This document shows, piece after piece, positions 47,743 to 56,895 of a stretch of 64,000 nt of DNA; the stretch's first letter is position 1; each line of letters starts with the position of its first letter. Under the pieces are notes generated by a model. It searched no databases, had not been told where the DNA came from, and saw only the letters and a list, made by a program, of their open reading frames with translations. The stretch covers positions 4,344-68,343 of the forward strand of contig CAYFNE010000016.1 of assembly GCA_964344355.1 (NCBI GenBank), given 5' to 3'. The stretch is from an uncultured Magnetococcales bacterium. GTDB taxonomy: Bacteria > Pseudomonadota > Magnetococcia > Magnetococcales > CAYFNE01. The position numbers and the translations under genes are program-made.

Positions 47743-49965
47743 ATGTCAGCCAGATCTCCCCAACCGTCCGTCCTCATCGTCGATGACTCCCCCCGGGAGA
47801 TCGAGCCGCTCCGTGAGGCATTGCGCCCGATCTGTGAAGTGCGACTGGTTACCGATGCCGATGCGGTCCTGGAGAGCGTTCGATCGGAACCACCCGATCT
47901 GATCCTGCTGGATACCGATATCGGCGGCACCGATGGTTTGGCGGTTTGCAACACCTTGAAGGAACAGGAACCGCTCGCCGACATACCGATCCTCTTCCTC
48001 GCTGCCGACCTCTCTGCCGAGGAGGAGGCCCGGGGACTCTCCCTGGGCGCGGTGGACTTTCTCCACAAACCGTTCCGTCTGCCGATCGTCGCCGCCCGCA
48101 TCCGCAACCATCTGCAACGGGTACGGGATCGGAACCAGTTGCTGAAACAGCGGGCCGTTCTCGATACGGTCATGGATATGAGCGGTATCATGGTCGTGGC
48201 CACAGATGAGAAAGGAACTATTTTTCAGGTCAACCGTACCTTTGAACATTTTTCCGGCATCACCCCGGAAAAGATCATCAACCGGCCGGTCTGGCAGGTT
48301 TTGGCCCCTCTGGGGGGCAGCCCCGATCAATGGCCGGTTTTCACGAAACGGATCACCGACATTTTCCGGGCGCCACCCGGGACAGAATCGACCTTTGAGT
48401 GGAAATGTCGGGACAACCGCAACACCAGCCGCCGCGTCGCGTGGAAGGTGGCCCACATCGCCGCCGAAAACGGCTCGCCGCCTTTTGCCATCCTCACCGG
48501 CACCGACATCAGCCATCGGCTGGAGGAGGCGGAGAAGGCCGACCGCGCCACCCAGTCACGCATCGCCATCGCCGCCCTGCTGGAGACCTCGCTGGAGCCC
48601 CTGACCCTGAAGCGGCAGTTGGAGATCGCCCTGGACATCATCCTGTTCATCCCCTGGCTGGCGGTGGAGTTCAAGGGGGCGATTTTTTTGATGAACCAGG
48701 AGGCCGGCCTGCTGGAGATGATCGCCCACCGCGACCTGCCGAAACCGTTGTTGACCCAGTGCGCCAGGATCGCCATGGGTCAGTGTTTGTGCGGTCAGGC
48801 CGGCCAGAGCCGCCAACTGGTTTTCGAAAACCGGGTGCGGGAAAACCACACCATCCGCTTCGACGGCATGACCGATCACGGTCACTACTGCGTACCGATC
48901 CTGTTCCGGGACCAACTGTTGGGGGTATTGGACCTCTACCTGCCCTTCGACCATCAACGGCAACCGGAAGAGGAGGCCCTGCTCAGCACCGTCGCCAACA
49001 CCCTGGCCGGCATCATTCAACACCGGCGCCTGGAGGGGGCGCTGCACAGTGAACGCGAGTTCGTCTCCACGGTGCTCGGCACCACCTCGGCCCTGGTGAC
49101 GGTCCTGGATGACAAGGGCCGCATCGTCCTGTTCAACAACGCCTGCGAGGCCCTCTCCGGTTACCGCGCCGCCGAGATGGAAGGACACCCCTATCTGTGG
49201 GACAAACTGCTGTTGCCGGAGGAGATGCCGGCGGTTGAAGAGCACATCCATCAACTGACCACCGGCCTCTCCCCGGCCCGTCATGAACACCATTGGCTAA
49301 CCCGGGGTGGGGTCAAACGGCTCATCTCCTGGGTCAGCACCACCCTGTTGAACGCCGATGAATCGGTCAAAAACATCATCGCCACCGGCATTGACATCAC
49401 CAGCCAGCGCGAGGCCGAAAAAAAATTGACCTTCCTGGCCCATAACGACACCCTGACCGGCCTGCCCAACCGGCGCCTGTTCCTGGAATATCTCAACCAG
49501 GCCCTGGCCCAGGCGCGGCGCCATCGGTTCCGGCTGGTGGTGTTGTTCATGGACCTGGACAAATTCAAGGCGGTCAACGACACCCTGGGTCATGACATCG
49601 GCGACCTGCTGCTCAGGGAGGCCGCCCATCGCATTCAACACACCCTGCGCGAAACGGATATCGTCGCCCGGCTCGGCGGCGATGAATTCACCGTCCTGCT
49701 GGGGAGCAACGCCGACACCACCGTCGCCAAACGGATCGCCGACAAGATCATCACCACCCTGTGCCAGCCCTTCACCCTGCAGGGTCACACCTGTGAAATC
49801 GGCACCAGTATCGGCATCAGCTGCTATCCAAAACATGGCACGACCGCCGATATGCTGTTAAAAAAGGCGGATACCGCCATGTATGCCGTCAAAAAGAGGG
49901 GGCGCAACCATTGTCTGGTCTTCGATCCGGAGATGGAGACACTGGCTGTGGAAACGGGACCATGA
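47743..49965 (+). CDS. Response regulator receiver + PAS + GAF + PAS + GGDEF diguanylate cyclase
   Basis: REC (VLIVDDSPREI..LILLDTDIGGTDG..KPF) is followed by PAS/GAF segments and a C-terminal GGDEF domain (RLGGDEFTVLL). ATG 47743 was chosen; the track starts at TTG 47686. Confidence 0.85.
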   Translation: MSARSPQPSVLIVDDSPREIEPLREALRPICEVRLVTDADAVLESVRSEPPDLILLDTDIGGTDGLAVCNTLKEQEPLADIPILFLAADLSAEEEARGLSLGAVDFLHKPFRLPIVAARIRNHLQRVRDRNQLLKQRAVLDTVMDMSGIMVVATDEKGTIFQVNRTFEHFSGITPEKIINRPVWQVLAPLGGSPDQWPVFTKRITDIFRAPPGTESTFEWKCRDNRNTSRRVAWKVAHIAAENGSPPFAILTGTDISHRLEEAEKADRATQSRIAIAALLETSLEPLTLKRQLEIALDIILFIPWLAVEFKGAIFLMNQEAGLLEMIAHRDLPKPLLTQCARIAMGQCLCGQAGQSRQLVFENRVRENHTIRFDGMTDHGHYCVPILFRDQLLGVLDLYLPFDHQRQPEEEALLSTVANTLAGIIQHRRLEGALHSEREFVSTVLGTTSALVTVLDDKGRIVLFNNACEALSGYRAAEMEGHPYLWDKLLLPEEMPAVEEHIHQLTTGLSPARHEHHWLTRGGVKRLISWVSTTLLNADESVKNIIATGIDITSQREAEKKLTFLAHNDTLTGLPNRRLFLEYLNQALAQARRHRFRLVVLFMDLDKFKAVNDTLGHDIGDLLLREAAHRIQHTLRETDIVARLGGDEFTVLLGSNADTTVAKRIADKIITTLCQPFTLQGHTCEIGTSIGISCYPKHGTTADMLLKKADTAMYAVKKRGRNHCLVFDPEMETLAVETGP

Positions 49966-51956
49966 CCGGAATGACGACACGTCCGAAAATCCTCATCGTC
50001 GATGATTCCAACGCCAGTATCCGCGTGTTGCGGGAGATTTTTCGCGCCAACCATGAAATTTTCATCGCCCGCGATGGCGCCGACGCCCTGAAAATCGTCA
50101 AAAAAAAAGAGCTCGATCTCATCCTTCTGGACGTAATGATGCCGGACATGGATGGCTACGAGGTGTTGGAACAGCTGCGGGCCAATCCCGAAACCCTGGA
50201 CATCCCGGTCATTTTCATCACCGCCCTCAACGCCGGACCGGAAGAGATCCGCGGCTTGGACTCCGGCGCCGTGGACTATATCACCAAGCCGATCCAACCG
50301 GCCCTGGTGGCGGCGCGGGTACGCAATCAACTGGAGCTCAGCCAACGCCGGAAAATGCTGGAAAAACTGCTCGATGAGCGCGAGCGGATGTTGGTGGAGC
50401 TGAAAAAATCACGGGATGCCGCCGAACAGTCCAACCAGGCCAAGAACGCCTTTCTCTCCACCATGAGCCACGAAGTGCGCACGCCGATGAACGCCATCAT
50501 CGGCATGACCGATCTGGCCCTCAAGACCGACCTGAACCAGGAACAACGCCAATATCTGGAGATCGCCCTGCAGTCCGGGGAGTCCCTGCTGGGCATGTTG
50601 AACAACATTTTGGACTTCACCCGCCTGGAAGGGGGCGAACTGGAGTTGCGTTCCATCCTGTTCGATCCGGTGGAAGTCCTGGAAAACGCCTGCGAAACCT
50701 TTTCAGTACGGGCCCACTATAAAAATCTGGAGTTGTTGCACGACGTCTCACCGGACATTCCCTCACGGTTGCTGGGTGACCCCTTCCGCCTGCGCCAGGC
50801 CCTGATCAATCTCATCGACAACGGCATCAAGTTCACCAAGAAGGGCACGGTCCTGGTACGGCTCGGCGTCGATCGGGACCATCCGCTCCGGCACCCCGAA
50901 CGCGGCGGCAGCCCGCGCCTGATGCTGCACTGGCGGGTTTCCGACACCGGCATCGGCATCCCCCCGGAAAACCGGGAGATCATCTTCGAACGGTTCGTCC
51001 AGGGCGAGGATTTCCGCACGCGCAAATATGGCGGCGCCGGGCTGGGACTGGCCACCTCCAAGGAGATCGCCGAACAACTGGAAGGGTCATTGACCGTTGA
51101 AAGCCCCGGTGTCAATCAGGGCGCCGTCTTTCATCTGACCCTGCCCTTCCCGGTACCGCCGGAGAGCGCTGGCCACGGTTATTTCACCCGCTCGGGCAAT
51201 TTTTCCGGCCTGCGCATCCTGATTTCCGAGGCCAACCAGCAGGCGCGGACCATCATTCGGCGTACCCTGGGCATGTGCGGGGCCACGGTGGTGGAAACCG
51301 GTTCCCACGCCGAGGCCCGGGACCTGCTCGATGCACAGGACGGGAAACAGCCCTTCCATCTGTTGCTGCTAACCTGTCGGCGCGATGATCCGGAGATGGA
51401 AACCCTGGCGCAATGGCTCACCGGAAATCCCCGCTGGAACGGCAAAATCATCATCATGCTGCCCACCGGCCTGCGCCGCTATGATCTGCCCGGTTGCAAG
51501 GAGATCACCGTCTCCAGCGGGTTGATCAAACCGGTCAAACGGTTTCGTCTGATCCATGCCATCAACGTCGTCCTCGATCTGGACCAACCCGATGAGGAGG
51601 AGCACACGCCGCTGCCGGAAGCGCGGATGAAACCGGAGCCGCTGCTGGAACCGGACGAGACCGACGATGAGGAGTTGAAACGAAAACGGTTCCAGTTCAT
51701 GGAGACCGCCCTGGTACCGCTGGAACAGCTGACCGACGCCATGATGCAGGGCAAAATAACGAAAATGCTCAGTCCGGTGCGCTGGTTGAAATATCAGTCC
51801 GGGGAGATCGGTGCCAAACGGTTGGAGTTTTGCGCCCGTTCCTTCATCGTCGCCATCAATGAGGAGAACATCGCCGACGCCGCCTTTCAGTTCGAGGTCC
51901 TTCAGGAAACCTTCCGCCGCACCGCCGAAGCCATCGCCCACTGTTTGAACGATTGA
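49962..51956 (+). CDS. Cytoplasmic hybrid histidine kinase (REC, HisKA, HATPase_c, degenerate receiver, HPt-like C-terminus)
   Basis: The ATG overlaps the upstream stop (ATGA, 49962-49965). It has REC (ILIVDDSNA..LILLDVMMPDMDG..KP), the H-box FLSTMSHEVRTPMNAIIGM and the G-boxes DTGIGI and GGAGLGL. A pseudo-receiver follows, with LLLLTCRRDD in place of the phospho-Asp context. Confidence 0.85.
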   Translation: MTGMTTRPKILIVDDSNASIRVLREIFRANHEIFIARDGADALKIVKKKELDLILLDVMMPDMDGYEVLEQLRANPETLDIPVIFITALNAGPEEIRGLDSGAVDYITKPIQPALVAARVRNQLELSQRRKMLEKLLDERERMLVELKKSRDAAEQSNQAKNAFLSTMSHEVRTPMNAIIGMTDLALKTDLNQEQRQYLEIALQSGESLLGMLNNILDFTRLEGGELELRSILFDPVEVLENACETFSVRAHYKNLELLHDVSPDIPSRLLGDPFRLRQALINLIDNGIKFTKKGTVLVRLGVDRDHPLRHPERGGSPRLMLHWRVSDTGIGIPPENREIIFERFVQGEDFRTRKYGGAGLGLATSKEIAEQLEGSLTVESPGVNQGAVFHLTLPFPVPPESAGHGYFTRSGNFSGLRILISEANQQARTIIRRTLGMCGATVVETGSHAEARDLLDAQDGKQPFHLLLLTCRRDDPEMETLAQWLTGNPRWNGKIIIMLPTGLRRYDLPGCKEITVSSGLIKPVKRFRLIHAINVVLDLDQPDEEEHTPLPEARMKPEPLLEPDETDDEELKRKRFQFMETALVPLEQLTDAMMQGKITKMLSPVRWLKYQSGEIGAKRLEFCARSFIVAINEENIADAAFQFEVLQETFRRTAEAIAHCLND

Positions 51957-52018
51957 CGGCCAACCATGCCCACCGGTCCGGAATCGACGTCATCACTGCC
52001 CCCCCCTCCCCGGCCCCG

Positions 52019-54580
52019 ATGTCACTGACGGCGCTGGTGGCCACCGGCCTCGTCGTGCCGCTGTTTTCGCTGCTGCCGCCGGACCGTCCCTGGCGTTGGC
52101 TCACCCTGTCCGGCATCGTTTTCTGTCTGTTTTTCGCCGTCCAGTGGTGGGTTCGGCGACGGAGCGGCACCCGGACGGCGCCCCCGCCCCCCCCCGAAAC
52201 GGCGCCGGAGCGGCAACCGTTGGACCCGGCCTATTACCGCGCCATCATCGACAGCTCCCTGGACATGATCATCGCCGCCGATCCGCAGCGGCGCATCGTC
52301 GAGTTCAACAAGGCCGCCGAACGAACCTATGGCTATCGGGCCAACGAGGTGCTGGGAAAGCCGATCGATCCCCTCTACGCCGACCCGGAAGAGATGCAAC
52401 GGGTCGGGGAGGTGATCCAACGAACCGGCCGGTTCATCGGCGAGGTTCGGGGCCGCCGCAAGGACGGCGACCTTTTTCCCGCTTTCATTTCCGCCACCCT
52501 GTTGCGCGATCCGCAGGAACGCATCATCGGTTCGGTGGGCAGTTCCCGGGACCTCAGCCATCAACGGCAACAGGAAAAACGGGAACGGCTGGCCATTGAG
52601 GAGGCACAGGTGGCCAGTCAGGCGAAAAGCGCCTTCCTGGCCAACATGAGCCATGAGATCCGCAGTCCCATGAACGCCATCATCGGCATGACCGATCTGT
52701 TGTTGGGGGTCAGTCTCAGCACCCGTGAGCAACGACAGTATCTGGAGGTGATCATGCGGTCCGGTGAGTCGCTGCTCGGATTGCTCAACGGCATCCTCGA
52801 CTATTCCAAGATCGAAGCCGGCAAGCTGGAATTGGAAACCTTCTCCTTCGATCCGGCGGAGGTGGTGGAGTCGGCCTGTGAAACCCTGTCGGTGACCGCC
52901 CATGGCAAGGGGCTGGAGTTGATCCATGATCTGGACCCGGAACTGCCGCCGCGCCTGTTGGGCGATCCGTTGCGTCTGCGGCAGGTGATCGTCAACCTGG
53001 TCGACAACGCCATCCGTTTCACCCGCGAGGGCGAGGTGAAGGTGTCGTTGACGCCGGACCGCTCCGAGCCGACCGGGAACGGGGAGACGGGCGGCGCCAT
53101 CACCCTTCGCGGCACCGTTACCGATACCGGCATCGGCATCGAAGGGGATCGGTTGGAGGCGATCTTTTCCCATTTCAGTCAAGCCGGCGTCGACACCAGC
53201 CGCAAGTTCGGCGGCAGCGGTCTGGGCCTGACCATCTCCCGCCAGCTCATCGAACACATGGGCGGCACCATCCGGGCGGAAAGCCCGGGTCCGGGCCGCG
53301 GCAGCACCTTCCATTTTTCCCTCACCCTCGACCGGGATCCGCAAGCGGAGAGACGGGAGGCGCCGGCCGATTTTTCCGGTTGTCATTTTTTGCTCGCCGT
53401 CGGCAATGACGCCCTGCGCCGGGTGCTGAACCGGTCGTTGGCACCCCATGGTCCCACCCTCACCAACGCCGCCAACGCCGGCGACACCTTGAACGCCCTG
53501 CGCGATACGGATCGACATCCATCGCCGTTCACGCTGTTGATCATCGACTGTCAACTGCCGGGGCTGGACACGGCCAACATCGGCGGCTGGATACGGACCC
53601 ATCGGCAACGGGTCGGAAATACCATCATTCTGCTGCCCATGGGCAGCCGCCGTTACGATCTGCCCGGCTGCCGGGACCTGGATGTGGCCCGGGGTTTGAT
53701 CAAACCGGTCAAACGGGAGGCCCTGATCCGCACCCTGCGGGAGGTCCTGGAACCGGTCCACGCCGCCGAGCCCGAACCGGCCCGGCCGGAGCGGGACGAA
53801 AACGACGGTCCGGAGAAAATTTTGGTGGTGGACGACAATATCGATACCCGCACCCTGGCCCGGCACATCCTGGAGCAGGCCGGCCACGCGGTCGAAACGG
53901 CGGAAAATGGCGCCGACTGTCTGGAAAAACTCTCCAGGGCCCCGTTCGATCTGGTGTTGATGGATGTGCAGATGCCGGAACTCGACGGACTGGAGGCGGC
54001 CCGGGCCATTCGCGGCGGCCGGCTCGGCATCGACTCGAAGACCCCGATCCTCGCCATCAGCGCCGGGGTGTTGCCGGAGGATGTGGAACAGTGCCTGGAG
54101 GCGGGCATGAACGAATTTTTGCCCAAACCCTTCCGCAGCGACGCCCTGCTGGAGGCGATGCGGCACACCCTGGATAAAGCGAAACGGACGGCGCCAACCG
54201 AAGACCGGTCGAAAGGGAGCGCCAACGCCCGCCGCGGCCCGGTATTCCAGGTCCCGATCCTCTCCCCGCAACCGCTGGACAACCCCGACTTTCTGGCCAT
54301 CGCCCGGACCTTTCGGGAGACGATCGACGACCGTTACCGGGATTTGCAGTCGGCGCTGACCGCCGGCCTGCCGGACCGGGTGGAGATCACGGCCCGAACC
54401 ATCAAGGAGGAGGCCGGTCGTCTCGGCGCCGAGCGGGTCCACAACCGGGCGTTCCGGCAGATACTCGCCGCCCGCAACCGGGATCTGGACACCGTGCGGC
54501 AACTGATGCCCCGCCTGCGCCGGGAGATCGATGAGGTGATCGCCACCCTGGCCGATCAGCCCCCACCCCCCGGGCAATGA
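52019..54580 (+). CDS. Membrane hybrid histidine kinase (2 TM, PAS, HisKA, HATPase_c, degenerate receiver, REC, HPt)
   Basis: It has the H-box [35 protein letters not shown] (ILVVDDNIDTR..DLVLMDVQMPELDG..KPF) and HPt-like IKEEAGRLGAERV. The start is uncertain: ATG 52019, or TTG 51953 overlapping the upstream stop. Confidence 0.85.
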   Translation: MSLTALVATGLVVPLFSLLPPDRPWRWLTLSGIVFCLFFAVQWWVRRRSGTRTAPPPPPETAPERQPLDPAYYRAIIDSSLDMIIAADPQRRIVEFNKAAERTYGYRANEVLGKPIDPLYADPEEMQRVGEVIQRTGRFIGEVRGRRKDGDLFPAFISATLLRDPQERIIGSVGSSRDLSHQRQQEKRERLAIEEAQVASQAKSAFLANMSHEIRSPMNAIIGMTDLLLGVSLSTREQRQYLEVIMRSGESLLGLLNGILDYSKIEAGKLELETFSFDPAEVVESACETLSVTAHGKGLELIHDLDPELPPRLLGDPLRLRQVIVNLVDNAIRFTREGEVKVSLTPDRSEPTGNGETGGAITLRGTVTDTGIGIEGDRLEAIFSHFSQAGVDTSRKFGGSGLGLTISRQLIEHMGGTIRAESPGPGRGSTFHFSLTLDRDPQAERREAPADFSGCHFLLAVGNDALRRVLNRSLAPHGPTLTNAANAGDTLNALRDTDRHPSPFTLLIIDCQLPGLDTANIGGWIRTHRQRVGNTIILLPMGSRRYDLPGCRDLDVARGLIKPVKREALIRTLREVLEPVHAAEPEPARPERDENDGPEKILVVDDNIDTRTLARHILEQAGHAVETAENGADCLEKLSRAPFDLVLMDVQMPELDGLEAARAIRGGRLGIDSKTPILAISAGVLPEDVEQCLEAGMNEFLPKPFRSDALLEAMRHTLDKAKRTAPTEDRSKGSANARRGPVFQVPILSPQPLDNPDFLAIARTFRETIDDRYRDLQSALTAGLPDRVEITARTIKEEAGRLGAERVHNRAFRQILAARNRDLDTVRQLMPRLRREIDEVIATLADQPPPPGQ

Positions 54581-55269
54581 ACCCCTCACCGCTTTTGGTC
54601 TTGCGCGGGGTCGTCCTGGCCGGCAGGGAGGCGCAACGACCGCTGATCGATGGGGTCTCCCTGGCCGTCCGGCCCGGCCAGCGGCTGGCCATCCTCGGCG
54701 CCGAGGGCAGCGGCAAAAGCACCCTGATGCGCCTGATGGCCGGTCTGATTCCGGCACAGAGCGGTGAGATCACCCTGTTCGGTCACACCGCCGATGCCCG
54801 CGCCGGTCGCACCGAGCCGCCCGGCGTCCTGTTCCGGGAGCCGGAGGCCCATTTTTTGACCCCCCGGGTGGGGGAGGAGATCGCCCTGACCCCCGCTTCC
54901 CGGGGCGTGACCGGACCGGAGTTGGAAACACGGATCAACGAGGCCATGGTCTGGGCCGGTCTGCCCCTGGACTGGCGGGAGGAGCCCCTGGCCCATCTGT
55001 CGGCCGCGCAACGGGGCCGCGTCGCCCTGGCCGCCCTGCACGCCGCCCGTCCGCGTCTGCTGCTGGCCGATGAACCGGGGGGACCCCTTTCCGATTCAGG
55101 CGAGGAACGATTGGCCGAACGGTTCCGCCGTCTGTGCGCCGACCGGCAAATGGCCCTGGTGATTTTCACCAGCCGTCCCCGGCGGGCGCTCCGTTTCGCG
55201 GAGATGGTTTTGGAATTGTGCAACGGGCGGCTGCGGGAATACCCGGCCGGCAAGGGAGGACGGCGATGA
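54577..55269 (+). CDS. Orphan ABC-type ATPase (no adjacent permease)
   Basis: It has Walker A GAEGSGKST, the signature-like LSAAQRGRV and Walker B LLLADEPGGPLSD. The ATG overlaps the kinase stop (ATGA, 54577-54580). Confidence 0.8.
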   Translation: MNPSPLLVLRGVVLAGREAQRPLIDGVSLAVRPGQRLAILGAEGSGKSTLMRLMAGLIPAQSGEITLFGHTADARAGRTEPPGVLFREPEAHFLTPRVGEEIALTPASRGVTGPELETRINEAMVWAGLPLDWREEPLAHLSAAQRGRVALAALHAARPRLLLADEPGGPLSDSGEERLAERFRRLCADRQMALVIFTSRPRRALRFAEMVLELCNGRLREYPAGKGGRR

Positions 55270-56192
55270 TCCGATCGGCGATCCTCCTCCTCGTGCTGTT
55301 GATCTCCCTGCCGTTTTCCGCACCGGCCGGCGCCGATGGACCACGACCACCGATCCTGTTCGAACAAGGGGATCGGTTCGGCTATCGCCGCGCCGACGGC
55401 ACGATTCAGATTCCGGCCCGCTTTCCCATGGCGGAACCCTTTTCCGAGCAGGGATTGGCCGCGGTGGTGGCGGAAGGGGGCTATTGGGTCCTGATCGATA
55501 CCCGGGGTGTCGAACGGTTGCGGCCGTTCGTTTTCGACAACGGACCGGATCCCTTCCAGGAGGGGTTGGCCCGTTTCATCGATCGGGGAAAAATCGGTTT
55601 TCATGACCGGTGGGGACGGGTGGCAATCGCGGCCCGGTTCGATTTCGCCCAACCGTTCAACGGTGGCATCGCCCTCTTCTGCACCGGTTGCCAGAAACGG
55701 TGGATGGGGGAACACGGTTTTTACCAGGGAGGGGACTGGGGGGCGATCGACCGGCGCGGACGGGAACTGTTCCGGTTCGATGAAAAAAATCCCCCCTGCC
55801 GCCTCGACCGTCACGACCGTTCGACCACGGCCGCCTTGAATGATTGCGCCGGCCGGTTCACCTATTTACGCGGACGCCGGCCCCTGCGCATTCATCAACA
55901 TCCCATCGGCCTGCCACCGCTCCGACCGGGTGACAGCGGCCCCGCCGCCCCACGACAGGATTATCTGCATATCGGCGAGGTTCAAATCGTGGTGATTCAC
56001 CCGGGAAACCTCTCCTGCCCCGGTCCCGTCTGGACCGCCGGCCCATTACGGGCCGTGCGCCTCGGCGGAAAAAAACGGACCAAGGACAGTTATGCCGGAT
56101 GGCGGTTGACCGCCCGGTATCATGGCTGCGTAACCAAAGAATCGAATGAAAGAAACGGCTCGATCCCGGCGAATCGTCCATCAGGGCCATAA
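55266..56192 (+). CDS. Secreted WG-repeat (KWG-like beta-repeat) protein
   Basis: The ATG overlaps the ABC stop (ATGA). It has a signal peptide (ILLLVLLISLPFSAPAGA) and repeats of the type GYRRADGTIQIPARF..AEPFSEQGLAAV, GFHDRWGRVAIAARFDFAQPFNGGIALF. The last ~120 aa are unrecognisable, so the true stop is uncertain. Confidence 0.55.
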   Translation: MIRSAILLLVLLISLPFSAPAGADGPRPPILFEQGDRFGYRRADGTIQIPARFPMAEPFSEQGLAAVVAEGGYWVLIDTRGVERLRPFVFDNGPDPFQEGLARFIDRGKIGFHDRWGRVAIAARFDFAQPFNGGIALFCTGCQKRWMGEHGFYQGGDWGAIDRRGRELFRFDEKNPPCRLDRHDRSTTAALNDCAGRFTYLRGRRPLRIHQHPIGLPPLRPGDSGPAAPRQDYLHIGEVQIVVIHPGNLSCPGPVWTAGPLRAVRLGGKKRTKDSYAGWRLTARYHGCVTKESNERNGSIPANRPSGP

Positions 56193-56600
56193 AACCGACA
56201 ACCACTCCGGAAACAGGGCACTTTTTCCCCGTCGTTCCGCCTGCCGGGCCCGGTTGAAATCGGCCACCGCCCGCTCCTCCCGGCCCAGGGCGCGCCAGAT
56301 GTTGCCCCGGTTTCGGTAAGCCTCGGTATTCTCCGGATCCAGTTCGATGGCCCGGGTCAAATCGGCCAGGGCCCGAACCCGGTCCCCCTGATGCCACCGG
56401 GCCACCCCCCGGTCATTATACACCTTGGCGGCGGTACCGTCCCAGACCGCCGGGTGGTTGAGACAGTGGTTCAACCGTTGAATCCGCCGCTCCAGGTCCG
56501 GTTCCCCCGCCAACTCCCGGCAATCGTTCTGCAACAACAGCCAGGCAAAGCCACCAATGGCGAGCAGGCCGAGAACCATCATCTTCAGGGCGGAGCTCAT
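56181..56600 (-). CDS. Membrane-anchored TPR protein
   Basis: The 139-aa version starts at MSSALKMMVLGLLAIGGFAWLLL (ATG 56600), followed by TPR units (YNDRGVARWHQGDRVRALADLTRAIELDPENTEAYRNRGNIW). The track ORF's N-terminal extension runs into repeat copy B. Confidence 0.65.
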   Translation of the reverse strand: MSSALKMMVLGLLAIGGFAWLLLQNDCRELAGEPDLERRIQRLNHCLNHPAVWDGTAAKVYNDRGVARWHQGDRVRALADLTRAIELDPENTEAYRNRGNIWRALGREERAVADFNRARQAERRGKSALFPEWLSVLWP

Positions 56601-56637
56601 GGGGTCCTGAATGATCGGATGGGTTGGAAACGTTTTT

Positions 56638-56874
56638 CGGGCAATGCGGCCGATGCAATCGGTTGTGCAAAAAACGCACAACCGATTGCATCGGCCCATG
56701 GCTCACCGGTACCGGCGCCGGTGATTTCTTGATGCGCGTTGCGCGCCTTTTGCTGAGAACCGCAAAAGGCGCTTTTTGAGCTGAACGCGCTAAAATCAAA
56801 ATCAAAGTCAAAACCGTGGGCGCTGCCCACACCCGCCAGGGGGCCAGCCCCCTGGACCCCAATTGTTTTGTTTT
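56638..56874. repeat. Multi-hairpin intergenic repeat element, copy B
   Basis: Homologous to 11298-11520. Hairpins are at 56650-56694 (19-bp stem), 56703-56724 (7 bp) and 56743-56772 (11 bp). These are followed by a TCAAAA/TCAAAG microsatellite, GTGGGC-GCT-GCCCAC (56816-56830), CCAGGGGG-CCAG-CCCCCTGG (56836-56855) and a GGACCCCAATT end. Confidence 0.8.
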
Positions 56875-56895
56875 TTTTCATTTTTTTCTGGTTGT

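Noticed and set aside
52022-54757. 911-aa minus-strand ORF
   Set aside because: It is antisense to the membrane hybrid kinase with H-box and G-box motifs. Its composition is Gly/Arg/Pro-rich.
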